Assembly: GCA_951406725.2 (NCBI GenBank)
Contig: OX597817.1
Location: forward strand, 159,712,001 to 159,776,000
Direction: 5' to 3'
Source of the DNA: Octopus vulgaris
Taxonomy: Eukaryota
Length of the DNA: 64,000 nucleotides
Shown here one piece after another: positions 10,726 to 25,559 of this stretch (its first letter is position 1; each line of letters starts with the position of its first letter). The translations under genes were made by a program, and so were the position numbers. The notes under the pieces were generated by a model. That model did not search any database. It was not told where the DNA came from and saw nothing but the letters and a program-made list of their open reading frames with translations.

Positions 10726-10811
10726 TCAGTTTTCTTGTAAGTACTTATGTGTGTGTGTGTGAGTATTTGTATATATACCATATATGGATGTGTGTGTATC
10801 TATATATATAT

Positions 10812-10958
10812 AGTGGTTGGCGTTAGGAAGGGCATCCAGCCGTAGAAACACTGCCAGATCTGACTGGGCCTGATGAAGCCTTCCGGCTTCACAGACCCCA
10901 GTTGAACCGTCCAACCCATGCTAGCATGGAAAACGGATGCTAAATGATGATGATGATG

Positions 10959-10960
<2 letters not shown>
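10812..10960 (+). mobile_element. RTE 3'-tail-only insertion
   Basis: Matches 4570-4721 and ends in (GAT)n. Confidence 0.9.
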
Positions 10961-11045
<85 letters not shown>

Positions 11046-11128
11046 TCATATATATATATATATATATATGATATATATGTATATGGATATATGTATATAT
11101 GTATATGTATACATTGAGAACGGGTTAA

Positions 11129-11843
11129 AGGCCACTAGATCCCGTCGGATTGACTCCAAAATTTACAGGGACATGTAAAATGAGGTGAGGATGCGAGTGG
11201 GCTAGGTTAGAAATACCTATCTTAAAAGGTGTCATTGCTAGGGCCAAAAACGCACTTTGACAAGTCTACTCTCATTCTTTTATGTATCTGTCTTCCTCCA
11301 TCATTCATTCTCTTTCCTCCCTTCCCATCACTTTCTATCTATAATATCGTTTCACAGCGTCTACCTCCCTTACCTTCACTTTCTCTTTATAACGTCGTTT
11401 CACAGCGTCTTATATCTCCCCCCTCCCCGCCTTCGACAGCGCTTTCACACTCTCTCTCTCTCTACGTCTGTCTGCATTCATAGAGAGAATTATCATCGCC
11501 ACAACCACAACACAATCATGAGGACAAATATTATGAATCAGATATTTATTGGGTTAATTTATATGTATGTGTCTGTGTGTTCTATATATAAATATATATA
11601 TATATAATGTATATATACAAAGTGTATATATCTGTATTTATGTATATTAAACTTTTTATTACTTTTTGATAGTTATATATATTTTTTTTTAAAATTATAA
11701 ATATAAATTAATAATTTTAATTTTAAATTTAAATAATTAAAATTTTTTAATTTTATATTTTGTATATTATATTTTTATTTTTATGTTTTGATTTATGCTT
11801 TTCACTGTTTGATTTGCCTAATAGTGGTTTTATCTCTAATTTA

Positions 11844-11878
<35 letters not shown>

Positions 11879-11932
11879 ATTTGTATACATTTGTATATAT
11901 AATGCGTACACACACACATATATATATAATGC

Positions 11933-11969
<37 letters not shown>

Positions 11970-12535
11970 GTGTGCATTATGTGGTCGGTTCAGCTGAAAA
12001 TATGCACACCTATGTTAAAAGTGCTGGCGAGTTTGCATGGCAACTATTTTTTTCCTCAAATGAAAGGCGTGACCTCTAGGACAAAATTCCTCATCTTATA
12101 AAATGTGGCCCAAGTAGACCCGAATGAAATCGGGTTATATTAACCAAAATGTGAAAAGTGGTCTAAATGGCGCTTGAAGGGGATTAAAATTTACAGGAGT
12201 GGGTGTTTAGGAATTCTCTGTTACATGAAGCTAAAAAATTTGCGCCAGCCTTTAAATCGTCAATGTGTTGCCGTCCATAATGAAGAAGTTTTGAATGCTT
12301 GCCATGGTGAGTCTACTGTCGTGAGAAAGAATCACTTCAAAGCTTGGTGTTTAGGAATTTTCTTTTACATCAAGTTCAAAATTTTATGACAGCCGTTAAA
12401 CTGCCACTACGTTGCTGTCCGTCGTTAAGAAATGCCAGCCATAGTGACTCTACTATCTTCAGATTCTATCCCTTGAAACTTTGGTTTCCAATATTTTTTT
12501 TTTTTTTATTCAGCTTGCAAGTTCGTCTGTCCCTT
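11129..12535. mobile_element. Possible TTAA-flanked non-autonomous DNA element (Kolobok-like)
   Basis: TTAA|AGG... and ...CCCTT|TTAA ends, CpG-richer than flanks, internal diverged ~145-bp tandem subrepeat at 12200-12465. TIR match is weak. Confidence 0.3.
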
Positions 12536-12774
12536 TTAAATGTTAGTGTTTTGCCGTCTGCCTTGAAGCAGACCTTTCCGTTGTCACTGCCTGATATTTA
12601 TGATTGAACTTTTAAACTATTTTCTTTCTTAACTTACTCAAGATCTTTTGTTGTTTATAAATGGGATAGAAATAGATAAAGATAGAGAGTAAGAGAAAGC
12701 GAAGGAGAGTTTGAGAGAAAGGAAGAGTAAGAGAGTGGGCAAGTGAGAGAGAAAGGAGAAACAAAGATGGAGAA

Positions 12775-13095
12775 TCATCATCATCATCATCATCGTTTAA
12801 CATCCGTTTTCCATGCTAGCATGGGTTTTATGGTTTGATCAGGGTCTGGGAAGCCAGGAGGCTTCACCAGGCTCCGGTCTGATCTGGCAGTGTTTCTACA
12901 GCTGGATGCCCTTCCTAATTCCAACCACTTCGTGAGTGTAGTGGGTGCTTTTTTCGTGCCATCGGTACAGGTGCCAAGGGGGGGGGGGTGGCAGCGGCCA
13001 CGATCGGTTGTTGCTTTTTACGTGCCACCGGCACAGAAGCCAGTCAAGGCGGCGCTGCCATCGGCCACGTTCATATGGTGCTTTTTATGTGCCAA
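12775..13095 (-). mobile_element. RTE 3' UTR fragment
   Basis: (CAT)n followed by the reverse complement of the RTE tail and minisatellite units. Confidence 0.9.
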
Positions 13096-13493
13096 AAGGA
13101 AGCAACAGAAAGTAACAACCACACTCTTACCTGTGCCTAGAGCGGGTCACCTTAAGCTTGTATATATATATATATATATATACAATACAATCATTACATC
13201 AATTTAAATGCAGAGCTCTCCTCAGCTGCATAAATAAATAAATAGAATTAATTTAATCAGATGGACACATTTGTATAATTTTACCTGTATCATCTAAGAG
13301 GGGAAGAAGACAGACAAAATCCATTCTGTAGTCACTTCAGGTTATATATATACATACACATATAAATTATAAGGCACATAAAGAAAAAGACTCTCCCTAG
13401 ACACAACAGAACACAAATATAAATATACACTGATACAAATATAAATATATATACATATATACACACATTCACATAAATATAAATATGAATATA

Positions 13494-13845
13494 TCATCAT
13501 CATTAAATGTTCGCTTTCCATGCTGGCATGAGTTGCAAGGTTCAACTGAGGACTGGCAGACCAGGAGGCTGACCAGGCTCCAATCTGATCTAGCAAGATT
13601 TCTACAACTTGATGCCCTTCCTAATGCCAACCACTCTGAGAGTATAGTCAGTGCTTTTTGCGTGCCACTGGTACAGGAGCCAGTCTGGCAGCACTGGCAT
13701 TGACAATGTGTGAAACAATGCTCTTTATGTGCTACCTGCAAGGGAGCCAGTCAGATGGCACTGTCATCGACCATGCTCAATGCTCAATTGGTGCTTTTTA
13801 CATGCCACCAGCATGGGAGGCAGTCCAGCTGCACTGGCATCAACC
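13494..13845 (-). mobile_element. RTE 3' UTR fragment (older)
   Basis: Same tail family, more diverged. Confidence 0.85.
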
Positions 13846-13854
13846 ATTAGATAC

Positions 13855-15185
<1,331 letters not shown>

Positions 15186-16047
15186 ATAAGTAAAATGACA
15201 AAACAAAAAATATTCAATTTGACAAAATTTTAGTTTTGAAATTTGAAATTAATGAGAAAAAAAATCGTTTCTTTAGTGTATTTATTGATTTTTCTGGTGA
15301 TTCTATGAAATTTACTTGAGGTACAAAATGTAATGGAAAATATACATGCCAAAATATGTTGTGAAGTAAATTTGATGGCAATTTTGTAAACTTGCTATTC
15401 TGGAGCTTTGATAGATGTCTTTTTTTGACATCGTTAAATTGTTAACATCACACAGGCCTTACTGTGAGATTCTCTATGTGATTCTTTCAGTGTTTGGGTT
15501 TGTTGTAATTTCAGGTAGTAAGAAAAAAATAAGAAATATTGCTTAATTTCTCTGTGATGTCTAAATGAAGTATAAAAGAATTGAGATTTTATATATATAT
15601 TGACCAACACTTAGTGACCGGAGTTTGTTAGATGGCAACTGTGCTCAATCCAATTACATATATATAGTTCAAAATTTTACAAAAAGCGAGCAACAGAAGC
15701 TAGAGACAAACAAGGTGTTTTAGGTTGATGCTCAGGAAAAATGGAAGAGTCTTTGATCTTCAAAAGAAAGGAATATGAAAAGAACACATGGGGAGAGGCG
15801 AAAAACAGAGATTAATGGTTTTACCAGTTTGATCCTGTCTGACTGAACTCTTAGACTCTAATTTCCTCTCCTACCTTGTTCTCAGACCTTTGAACCTTTA
15901 CTGAACCCTTTTACCACTACCTGGATTACTGTTGAAACTTTATGCTTCTCAGACTCTACCATTATGGATCTTACAGTACACTATTGTTGATTTCACACAT
16001 AAACACACACACAATTTTGTATGTATGTATGTATGTATGTATGTATG

Positions 16048-16121
<74 letters not shown>

Positions 16122-16498
16122 ATTATATATATATATATACATATATAATATAAATATATGCATATATGGGTACAGGACATCCAAAAAACATTGAACACAA
16201 CAAAAAACGAAAACATAAAAACAAAAACATAGAAAACGAACTTTTTTCAAACAACGAAAAAAAACAGAAACGAGATATGCAACACAAAGAATATTCCCCT
16301 TCATCAGTTGTTTCTGTTTCATCTACTCCGCATTTTGAAGGTAAGGACAATACACGACTTCGTTGAAACAGTCCTTCCTACAAAGCAAATTAAATAAAAT
16401 TTGGGAATTTTTGTGGAGGGTGAAAGTGGTAACAAGAACAGAACAATGAGAAATACATATATATATATATATATCGCAATTTTATCGCAATTTGACTT

Positions 16499-16538
<40 letters not shown>

Positions 16539-16731
16539 CTAATACACATTCAGTACAGGAAATCACCAACAAGTGAAAAATATATAAACACACAAGAGAT
16601 AAGTACTGGACAAAATACCAAAAGAAGATAACTTCTTGTCAGTTGTTGACTGTGTATTATTTATTTATAATTATTTATAATTATTATTTATAATTGAACG
16701 CCACACAGCCTTGTCCACTGTAAGTTCTTAC

Positions 16732-16772
<41 letters not shown>

Positions 16773-16776
<4 letters not shown>

Positions 16777-17471
16777 TTTCGATCTTGAAAGGATGGACTT
16801 GGTGCAAACATAACTGTATCTATTATTATTATTATTATTATTAATATTAATAGTAATTTTATTAACTTTTATAGCTTTATAATTTTATGAACTGAACCAT
16901 GGTTTTAATTATTATTTTTCATCTCCCTATGTGTTAGTTTTTTTAAAAAAACTATTAGCCAAATATGTATAATATCGGTGCTTATTAATATTAATATATA
17001 CACTGATATATATTTTGTTTTATTTTGTTCTGTTTACCTTCCATTATTGTACCAATGTGTATTATATTATATAAGTGTAGCATTATGATGTATAAGTTTT
17101 TATATTTTACATTTTTATATTTTTATATTTATATGTATATGGTTAAATAATATTTTTCACAATTATAACAAATTTAATTTAATTCTCTGAAGAGGCCGTG
17201 GGGCATCCTTGTTAATGCCTCATTTATACCTGCCTTTATGGCTTATAGGTTAAATGAGGTATGACTGCCCTCACTGCCGAAACAGCTGTCAGATTTGATT
17301 TAATTACATATTATATTTGAAATTTTTTACTTATATCTCTTTGTCTATTACTGTATATTTTGTATAATGCCTTTACTGATATGTAATGGTGTATTAAAGT
17401 ATTGATTGGGTATCATCTGATAGTTGATGTTTTATTGATTTAAGTATGTTTCTCCATTCTCTAATTTTGTA

Positions 17472-17472
<1 letters not shown>
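16773..17472 (+). mobile_element. AT-rich hammerhead-bearing insertion in (TA)n; probable Penelope-like terminal fragment
   Basis: Bounded on both sides by (TA)n and contains the hammerhead at 17184-17293. Confidence 0.55.
17184..17293 (+). ncRNA. Type I hammerhead ribozyme motif with long stem II
   Basis: TCT-CTGAAGA-[GGC...85-nt hairpin...GCC]-GAAAC-AGCT-GTC-AGA: all core nucleotides present, palindromic stem III, GUC triplet. Confidence 0.85.
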
Positions 17473-17528
<56 letters not shown>

Positions 17529-17775
17529 ATGTTGCTGTAATTTAGCCCTGGGAAACATCGTCTCCTGCTGGCTATATGACATGATCTGTGTCCTTATATT
17601 TTCAAACAAGGGACTCTAGCACCTTGATGAAGAGAAATAATCCAGAAATCGTGATATACAGATATTGTTTTGAGTTGGGTGGGAGTGCTAGATTCCCTTG
17701 TTTGAAAATATAAGGACACAGATCATGTACAGCCAGCTGGAAATGATCTCTCCTGGGGCTAAATTACAGCAACAT
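17529..17775. mobile_element. MITE-like fold-back element
   Basis: About 90-bp imperfect inverted arms (ATGTTGCTGTAATTTAGCCC / GGGCTAAATTACAGCAACAT) with a ~63-bp spacer. Confidence 0.7.
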
Positions 17776-18187
17776 TTGTCCTAAACCAGGACTACCATGT
17801 TATGTTGGCAAACAATCTTTACTCCAAAGTACTGTTGCTGAATATCCCTCGTTGTGAGATTTACAAAAAAATAATTTACAAAAAAAATTATTTTTCCTAA
17901 AGAAAAATTTGGATTGGGTCTGAGTATCAAAATATGCTCAGAAACATTTTTATTTTATTTTATTTATTTATTCAGATAGGAGGAAGAATAAAATAAAAAG
18001 ATGAATGTGTATTCAAATTAAAATGTGAATTTTTTTGTGGACTTGTAAACTGCTATGTTTTAAACGGTTGTTATTTATATACAACTTGCAGAACTAATAA
18101 TGCACAGGTATTGTATCTAAGTAACATGAGACAAAAGGTTGTGATCTGAGGGAGAAGTAGCTGTATTTCTAATATGATTAACTTCTA

Positions 18188-18706
18188 CTTACTTGTACTT
18201 GTACTTGTGGCGACATCCACCCTGGGCGGGTTGAGTCGGCTTCTTCCACCACCCTCGAGGCATCTCGAACCATGGCAGCCCACGCACGATGGTCCTGCGC
18301 CAGTTCACTGGAGATAGCAAGCCTGTCACAGTTCCATCAGCGCAGGCCGATGTTGCCATTGTATTCGCTATTGAGAATTCATGAGAGAAGTTTCGTGGGA
18401 ATATGTGGATTTCACAAGCAGTCCCCAACAATCCTGCATGTAGAGACATCCTGTTTGCCGCAGATTGTCCGCAACCGCAGGGACAGAACGACCGAGGAGC
18501 CGCCTGTTGCCGAAACAGACACTCCGAGGATTTTCACCAGAGCCCCGTCTGCCAGGTTGTGGCCCTAATACCACTTGGTGTTAGACCAATCCGCCTTGGG
18601 TGGCCCTACCAGGAACCGAAGTTCCTGACGGCATAACTCTGACACTACCCGTTGCCAGCGTCCCCGCCACGGTGAGGAGGGGATGGACTTTGGGGACGCT
18701 TCTACA
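18188..18706 (-). mobile_element. Short non-autonomous RTE derivative (5' UTR joined to 3' end)
   Basis: GC-rich island; RTE/BovB-like leader motif GGTAGGGCCACCCAAGGC; 3' end reads ELAQDHRAWAAMVRDA...TRPG with a (CAAGTA)n tail. Confidence 0.7.
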
Positions 18707-19508
18707 TAGTGGTATCACTTGTTTGGTATCATGTGGCATCACTTGTTTGTATGTCCCTATGAGACAAAAAATTCTGATTTGAAGGAGATTTTTGCTGCAA
18801 TTTCTAATATATTTAACAACCACATTGATGTTTTACTTATTGGTTCATATAAACGTAGTAAGACAGTTGGGTGTTGTTGGAAGAAAATTTGGCTTTAGGT
18901 TCCTGTTGATTATATTCAATGTAGATTCTTTTAATGTTGCATTGCTTTTACTGGTTCCATTGTTTTCTTGTTGATGATGATATTGTTGTAGTTGTTGTAG
19001 CCCCCTTAAAGTCAGAAAATAAAACAGTAAACAAGTGAGAAGTGAAAGAATTGATAATTGGTAATAATCAGTGATAACATAAAACAGAAGTAAAAGCTTT
19101 TCTTCTAATCGGTAATAATCACCAATAAAATGAAAGTGGAAGAATTTTTTTATTTATTTTGTTGATATATTGCTGACTCTGGGACACCTGAAGCACCTTT
19201 AACAATCAGGGAGATAATTAATAAAGATATGAGTAAAAGGAATTACAGCAGAATTTCAGAAATAGATGTGCCATATCTTATGTGGATGGAAAAGAGTAGG
19301 GGAAGGGTTTTGGTTTTGTTGTGTATTTATTTTCATAGTTCATACAATGGTAGATTCTGGAAAAATTTGTTTTCAAAAAATTTTAATTATCTTACATTTT
19401 TGTCCCCCATTTCCATAATCTTTTCCTTCCCTATTTTGTATGGGACATCTATTCAAAAACTTCTCCAGAATTCAGATATTTAATCATGTTTGTTGTATTG
19501 TCACCATT

Positions 19509-19903
19509 GGTGCTGGAGTGGCTGTGTTGTAAGTAGCTTGCTTACCAACCACATAAATTCCGGGTTCATTCCCACTGCGTGGCACCTTGGGCAAGTGTCT
19601 TCTATATAGCCTCGGGTCGAACAAAGCCTTGTGAGTGGATTTGGTAGATGGAAACTGAAAGAAGCCCATCATATATATATGTATGTGTGTGTATATGTTT
19701 GTACATCTTTGTTTGTCCCCCAACATCGCTTGTCAACCAGTGGTGGTGTGCTTATTTCCCCGTAACCTAGCGGTTCGGCAAAAGAGATTGATAGAATATG
19801 TACTAGGCCTCCAAAGAATAAGTCCTGGAGTTGACTTGCTCGACTAAAGGTGGTGCTCCAGCATGGCCGCAGTCAAATGACTGAAACAAGTAAAAGAGTA
19901 AAG
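19509..19903 (+). mobile_element. SINE family A, full length
   Basis: Homologous to 676-1076. Confidence 0.9.
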
Positions 19904-20219
19904 TGTAAGAGTATTGTCATCATCATTGCCATATAACAGCTGTTTTCCCTTCTTGCATGGGTTGGATAGTTTGACAGGATCTGGCAACCTGCTGGGCTGT
20001 GTCGAGTTCCAGTGTAAGTTTGAGCATGATTCCTAGGCTTGATGCCTTTCCTAATGCTAACCACTTTACAGTGTCTACTGGGTGTATTTTCATGCCACTG
20101 ACACTAGTGTGGTTACCTAGTTACTTGCAAGACAGGAAAAGAAGTGGGGGGAAATTGGAGAGGTTAATTCATACGGAGGTGTCTGTTTCTGTACCTGGAA
20201 AAGTCTTATTTTCAGTCTT

Positions 20220-20850
20220 GTTGTCAGAACAGTGACTGCTGTAACTATAGAGACCCACCTGTGAGTGGCAATCCTAGTTGCAGTGACTGCATCTAAAGGA
20301 ACTGTCCACTGGTCTTGTCCTAGTGCTGTTTTCCCATCAATTTTGCTCTTCTTCATCAGCAATCCGAAGCCCCTCCTCTTGTATTTTTAATCCTTTAGCA
20401 TTTAATCTGGCCATATCTAGCCTAAATATTCTACCTGTTTTATGTTAAAACTGACCAGATTCAACCTCTCACACCTACCTACAGTATCATTCTAAAAATA
20501 TACAAGCACATCATTGAAACCTCGAAGCTACAAGATAATGCACGATTAATTCAAAACAATGTGAATAGATAAACATCACATTTGACAAAGAAATCTAAAT
20601 GTTAAAGGGTTAAACCTGTGTCTAGTTTTAGCTTCCTGTGAGCAATCACCTCCTTTCAATGTTTGTGTAAAAATATTTCATCTCCCCCTTTCTGACATTC
20701 TTGAAACTAAGATGGAGTCATCTGTATATTCTCTTGTTGGAGGCCAGTCCCCATACAGCATGTCTTTCAGGATCCTCCCTTCTGACATTGATTTTGACAG
20801 TATGTGGAATATTTGACCCAGCACTTTGAAACAATAAGGCCTTCAAGTAT
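20220..20850 (-). mobile_element. Decayed RTE 3' fragment with terminal zinc-finger motif, interrupted by a MITE
   Basis: Minus strand reads RILKDMLYG and FRCSHCN*DCHSQVGLYS in broken frames. Confidence 0.6.
20391..20609. mobile_element. TTAA-site MITE (piggyBac-like ends)
   Basis: TTAA|TCCTTTAGCATT...AATGTTAAAGGG|TTAA; second copy at 50988-51207. Confidence 0.85.
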
Positions 20851-21155
20851 AGTTATTTTAACTCAAATGAATAAAAAAAAAAAGGCACCAATTCTGTTCC
20901 TAATATTTTTATGAAACTAGATCAATTCTACATTATTTTTATGAAAAAATACTCTAAATTTTTCTGAATGAAACTGTAGATGAAGAAGCAAAAATTTTCT
21001 GTTCTGGCAGCAGTTCAGAAGTTCATTTGTTCTCCTAAGAGTATCGCAGTAATTACAAAGAATAGTCATGTTATCACTACTACAATTACCACTGCTGTCT
21101 CCATCAACCAGCATCCCTACCTATAACTCTATTACTTCAACAATAACTTGTGAAG

Positions 21156-21192
<37 letters not shown>

Positions 21193-23127
21193 AGATTATG
21201 TATAGTGTTCCTTATTTTTTTTCCATTCTGACTATTACCATCTCCTTTACTAAATACTGCTGTCTTTTTTTTTTTTTTTTTTGCCTGACACTTCACTCAG
21301 TATAACCCTTCTTCTTCTTTCAACGAAAAGCCTCTTTTAAGAGCATCACAGATGTACATAAGTTCAAGCATATTTATATTATACTTAAGAAATATTGAAG
21401 ATGTGCATTAAAGATAGAAGTTGTACAGTGGTATGTTGTTCAAGACTGGTACTTAGTTAACTTTAGATATTATTAACATTGAAAGAAATATAAGCTTATG
21501 GAATTTGTGGTCAGTAAATCCTTGAAATGGGATAAAACTGAGAGAATTTGCTTTCTGCGAAGAAAAATGTAAAACCTCAAAAGTGTGAATTTTCATTTAG
21601 TTTCTGGATTTGTATTTAAGACTAAATGATTTTAAAAATCAGTTGGGGATGAAAATTCATGTGGACCATCAGATTGCGATGGAAATTTTAAGATATATTC
21701 TTTTACAATCTACAGCATTGGGTTTCTGATGGTTTTAAGCAGGTTTGAGGTACTTTTTAAATGCTCTGCTATTTTTCAGCTAGTTAAACTGAGATGAGAG
21801 TGATATGCAAAGCTTGCAAGGAAATATGAACTCGCAGTCCACTCAACCATCACATTTCTTCATATAAAAGTAGAAGCCATCAGGTTGAAAACAAGCAAGC
21901 GAGACATGAATCACTTAGTGACTCAACAAAATGTCTTGATGTCTGTTAAATGAATTTCCTTGAACATTCTGTAGTAGTGAAACATCTGGTAGTAGAGATA
22001 TACAGCCATATATAACCTCTAGCTGTACAATTTGAGAAAAATGACTTGGGTATGGATATGCTAAGAAGATAAATGTATTGAAATCACTTTGGTAAATTGT
22101 AAAACTGCTAACATGCTTGAAGGGTTAGGCTATATAACAAAGTGGATGTTATACGCAGGAAGAGTAAAAGATATATAAGATGCTATAGAAGATTAGATCT
22201 ATAAAAGACACATATACATTTATTTAGGAAAATAATAGAAATTACTATAAAATTTCATTTATTTTTTTATTAAGCTAACATTTAAGAGTTGTTTAGCATT
22301 AATGTCTAAAAATTTATTTCCATCAAATGGAAGTCTAGAATCATAAATCATCTTCATAATTTTTTTTTTTAGATTAGATTTCCAGTCTTGAAGCAGAATT
22401 AATTACAGTAGAATATTATTAAATTTTTAACTGACTCTGTGTGTGTGTGTGAGTGTGTGTGTGTGTGTGTGTATGGAGCGAATATTGGGTTTCGGTCTCT
22501 GTGGTTCTTTATATTGACCGCACATATGCATTACATTACCAAAACCACATCCAAAAAGAATATCTTTCCTCTACTGAATCAGAAACTTCTCAATTTTGCA
22601 GCCCTGTCCATGTTGCCTGGGGGTTAATTTATTGCGCTTATGATAGCAAAATCATGGTTTCAACTGGGCGATGCACAGTGTTCTTGAGGAAAACACTTCA
22701 ATTCACATTGCTCAACTTCAGTTAGCAGTAGCTCTATAATGGACTGCCATCCTGTTCAGGGGGAATGCTTTGATCTTGGTCACTTATGCCATGGAAACCA
22801 GGTAACGTCCTCTTACTGACCCTCTACAATTGCTCAGTTGCAACACACATTGCAATACTATGTCAATGTTTGTGATGTTACTGCTACACACACACATGCA
22901 CACATGCATGTGTATGTGCACGCACACACACACATGTCATGAATGTATTTCATGACATGGTTACCTGTGCTGTTTCTGTTCTTTCTCTACTTGTCTAATT
23001 GCTTGTACTCCCTTTCACTCATCATCCCTATTTGTCTTGCCAGATAAACTAAGTACATTTACTTACCTTTGTCATAAGGACATCAACTTTCTGCCCCACT
23101 CCCCATTATATGTACAGCCATCACAAG

Positions 23128-25450
23128 GTGTTGTCCCTGTTACAATATGGTGGGTTGTATGCTTCAGTGACCCTGGGAACTATGTCAATGGAGTGCAAGC
23201 TCCTGGTAGGACCTTCCATGCTGAACATGTCAAAGGACAGAAGCCAGATTAATATGAACCACCTCTCCCAGAAGTAAAAATGGGTTTGTGTAGGGCCAAT
23301 ACCATAAAGAAAAGTAGAGTTACAGAAGTATTGATGAAAATAGAAGGATAGAGTCAATGATTTTGCAAAGGCGTTTGAAGTGGAGGGAACATTTGGTAAG
23401 GATTAATGATGAGCGACTACTCAAGCAGCTATTGTATGGTGAGCTGGAAGATGGCAGGAGACCAGCACATAAGCCTAAACTAAGGTTTAAGGATTGCCTT
23501 AAAAATGCTCTAATAAAGACAGGAATTGCAGCTGGTAATTGGGAGAGGGAGGCACAAGACCGTGATGGATGGAGGAAGATAGTGCATGATGGTTGTTCAA
23601 GGTTTGAGGGGGAGAGAGTGAAGTATGAGAGAATTAGGAAGAAGCTTAGAAGTGGGGAACCTGTGGAAAGTAAGAGATTGTTACTTTTTATATGTGTGAT
23701 TTGTGGATGGTGTTTGAGTCGTGCAAGCCTGGTGAGCCATCAAAATTCTCATAGAAATTGACCCCATGATAAACAATGATGTCATCATCATCATCATCAT
23801 CGTCATTTAGCGTCCGCTTTCCATGCTAGCATGGGTTGCACGGTTCAACTGGTGTCTGTGAAGCCAGAAGGCTGCATCAGGCTCAGTCTGATCTGGCAGT
23901 GTTTCTACAGCTGGATGCCCTTCCTAACACCAACCACTCCGTGAGTGTAGTGGGTGCTTTTTACGTGCCACCCGCACAGGTGCCAGACGGAGCTGGCATA
24001 CAGCCATGGACGGATGATGCTTTTTACGTGCCACTGGCACAGGGGCCAGGCGAGGCTGGCAACGGCCACGAACGGATGGTGCTTTTTACATGCCACCGGC
24101 ACGAGGCCAGTCAAGGTGGCACTGGCAACGGCCACGAACGGATGGTGGTGCAGACGAGTCTGGCAGACGGCCACGAACGGATAGTGCTTTTTACGTGCCA
24201 CCGGCACGGGGGCCAGGCGAGGCTGGCAATGGCCACGAACGGATGGTGCTTTTTATGTGCCACTGGCACGAGGTCAATCTGAGCGGCGATGGCAACGGCC
24301 ACGAACGGATGGTGCTTTTTATATGCCACCAGCACGAGGCCAGTCGGGGCGGCGCTGGCAACAGCCACATTCAGATGGTTCTCTTACGTGCTACCGGCAC
24401 TGGTAACTCAGCTGCAATTTCCATTGATCAATTTCGATTCTGATTCTGACTTGCCTCAACAGGTCTTCACAAGTAGTTTGTGTCCCAAGAAGGGAAGGTA
24501 TGCATAAGTGGGCTGGCTACATCCCATGTAGAAGGCCACGGGTTATGGTCTCACTTGTCCTGCCGGGTCTTCTCGCGCACAGCATACTTCCAGAGGTCTC
24601 AGTCTCTAGTCATTTCCTCAGTGAGACCTAAAGTTCGAAGGTCGTGCTTCACCACCTCGTCCCAGGTTTTCCTGAGTCTGCCTCTTCCACAGGTTCCCTC
24701 AACCGCTAGGGTGTGGCACTTTTTCACACAACTATCTTCATCCATTCTTGCCACATGCCCATACCAGCGCAAACGTCTCTCTTGCACACCACATCTGATG
24801 CTTCTTAGGTCCAGCTTTTCTCTCAAGTACTTACACTCTGTCAAGTATGAGTACTGACATTATACATCCATCGGAGCATACTGGCTTCATTTCTTGTGAG
24901 CTTGCACATATCCTCAGCAGTCACGGCCCATGTTTCACTGCCATGTAGCATGGCTGTTCGTACACACGCATCATACAGTCTGCCTTTCACTCTGTGCGAG
25001 AGGTCTTTTGTCACCAGCAGAGGTAAGAGCTCTCTGAACTTTGCCCAAGCTATTCTTACTCTAGCAGTTACACTTTCAGCACCCCCACCCCCCGCTGCTG
25101 ACTTGGTCACCTAGGTAATGGAAGCTATCAACTATTTCTAGTTTTTCTCCCTGGAAAGTGACAGAAGTTGGTCTCAGAGCGTGGTTATTAAAATTCATAA
25201 CAGAACGTGTGTAAAATGTGGAAGGGTGTGCCTCTCAGTTGGAGGTCTAAAAAGACATGTTAAGAGAGTGCATATGGTGGCACCTGTTTCTCCTGCCAGC
25301 CAGCACAGTTGCCTAGTATGTAATGAAATGTGTAAAAGCTTGGACGGGCTTAAAAGTCATATAAGGGCATTACATAGCAACAATCATGAATCATTTCAGT
25401 AAGTCTTCTTGCCAATGGCTTTTCTCGTGTAACGAGGATGCAGCTATTAT
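23128..25450 (+). mobile_element. Internally deleted RTE element with C-terminal C2H2 fingers, split by a nested insertion
   Basis: RTE-like leader at 23128-23340; RRLKWREHLVRINDERLLKQLLYGEL...RFKD; C2H2 motifs either side of the 23782-25170 insert. Confidence 0.7.
23782..25170 (-). mobile_element. 5'-truncated copy of the 1133-4721 RTE family
   Basis: High similarity to 3414-4721, with an expanded minisatellite and (GAT)n tail. Confidence 0.95.
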
Positions 25451-25559
25451 ATACACATGTATGTATATGTGTATGTGTGTATGTGTGTATATATGTATGT
25501 ATATATCTATGTATATATTATGTATATATTATGTATATATATATGTATATATGTATGTA

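Noticed and set aside
16280-16372. CTGATGA on the minus strand as a hammerhead core (similar at 16630-16650 and 59642)
   Set aside because: No correctly placed GAAA with a pairing stem II could be built.
20917-22200. Unique sequence with possible exons or UTR (also 29040-29470 and 62400-62700)
   Set aside because: No recognisable protein motif or convincing splice pair; needs RNA-seq.
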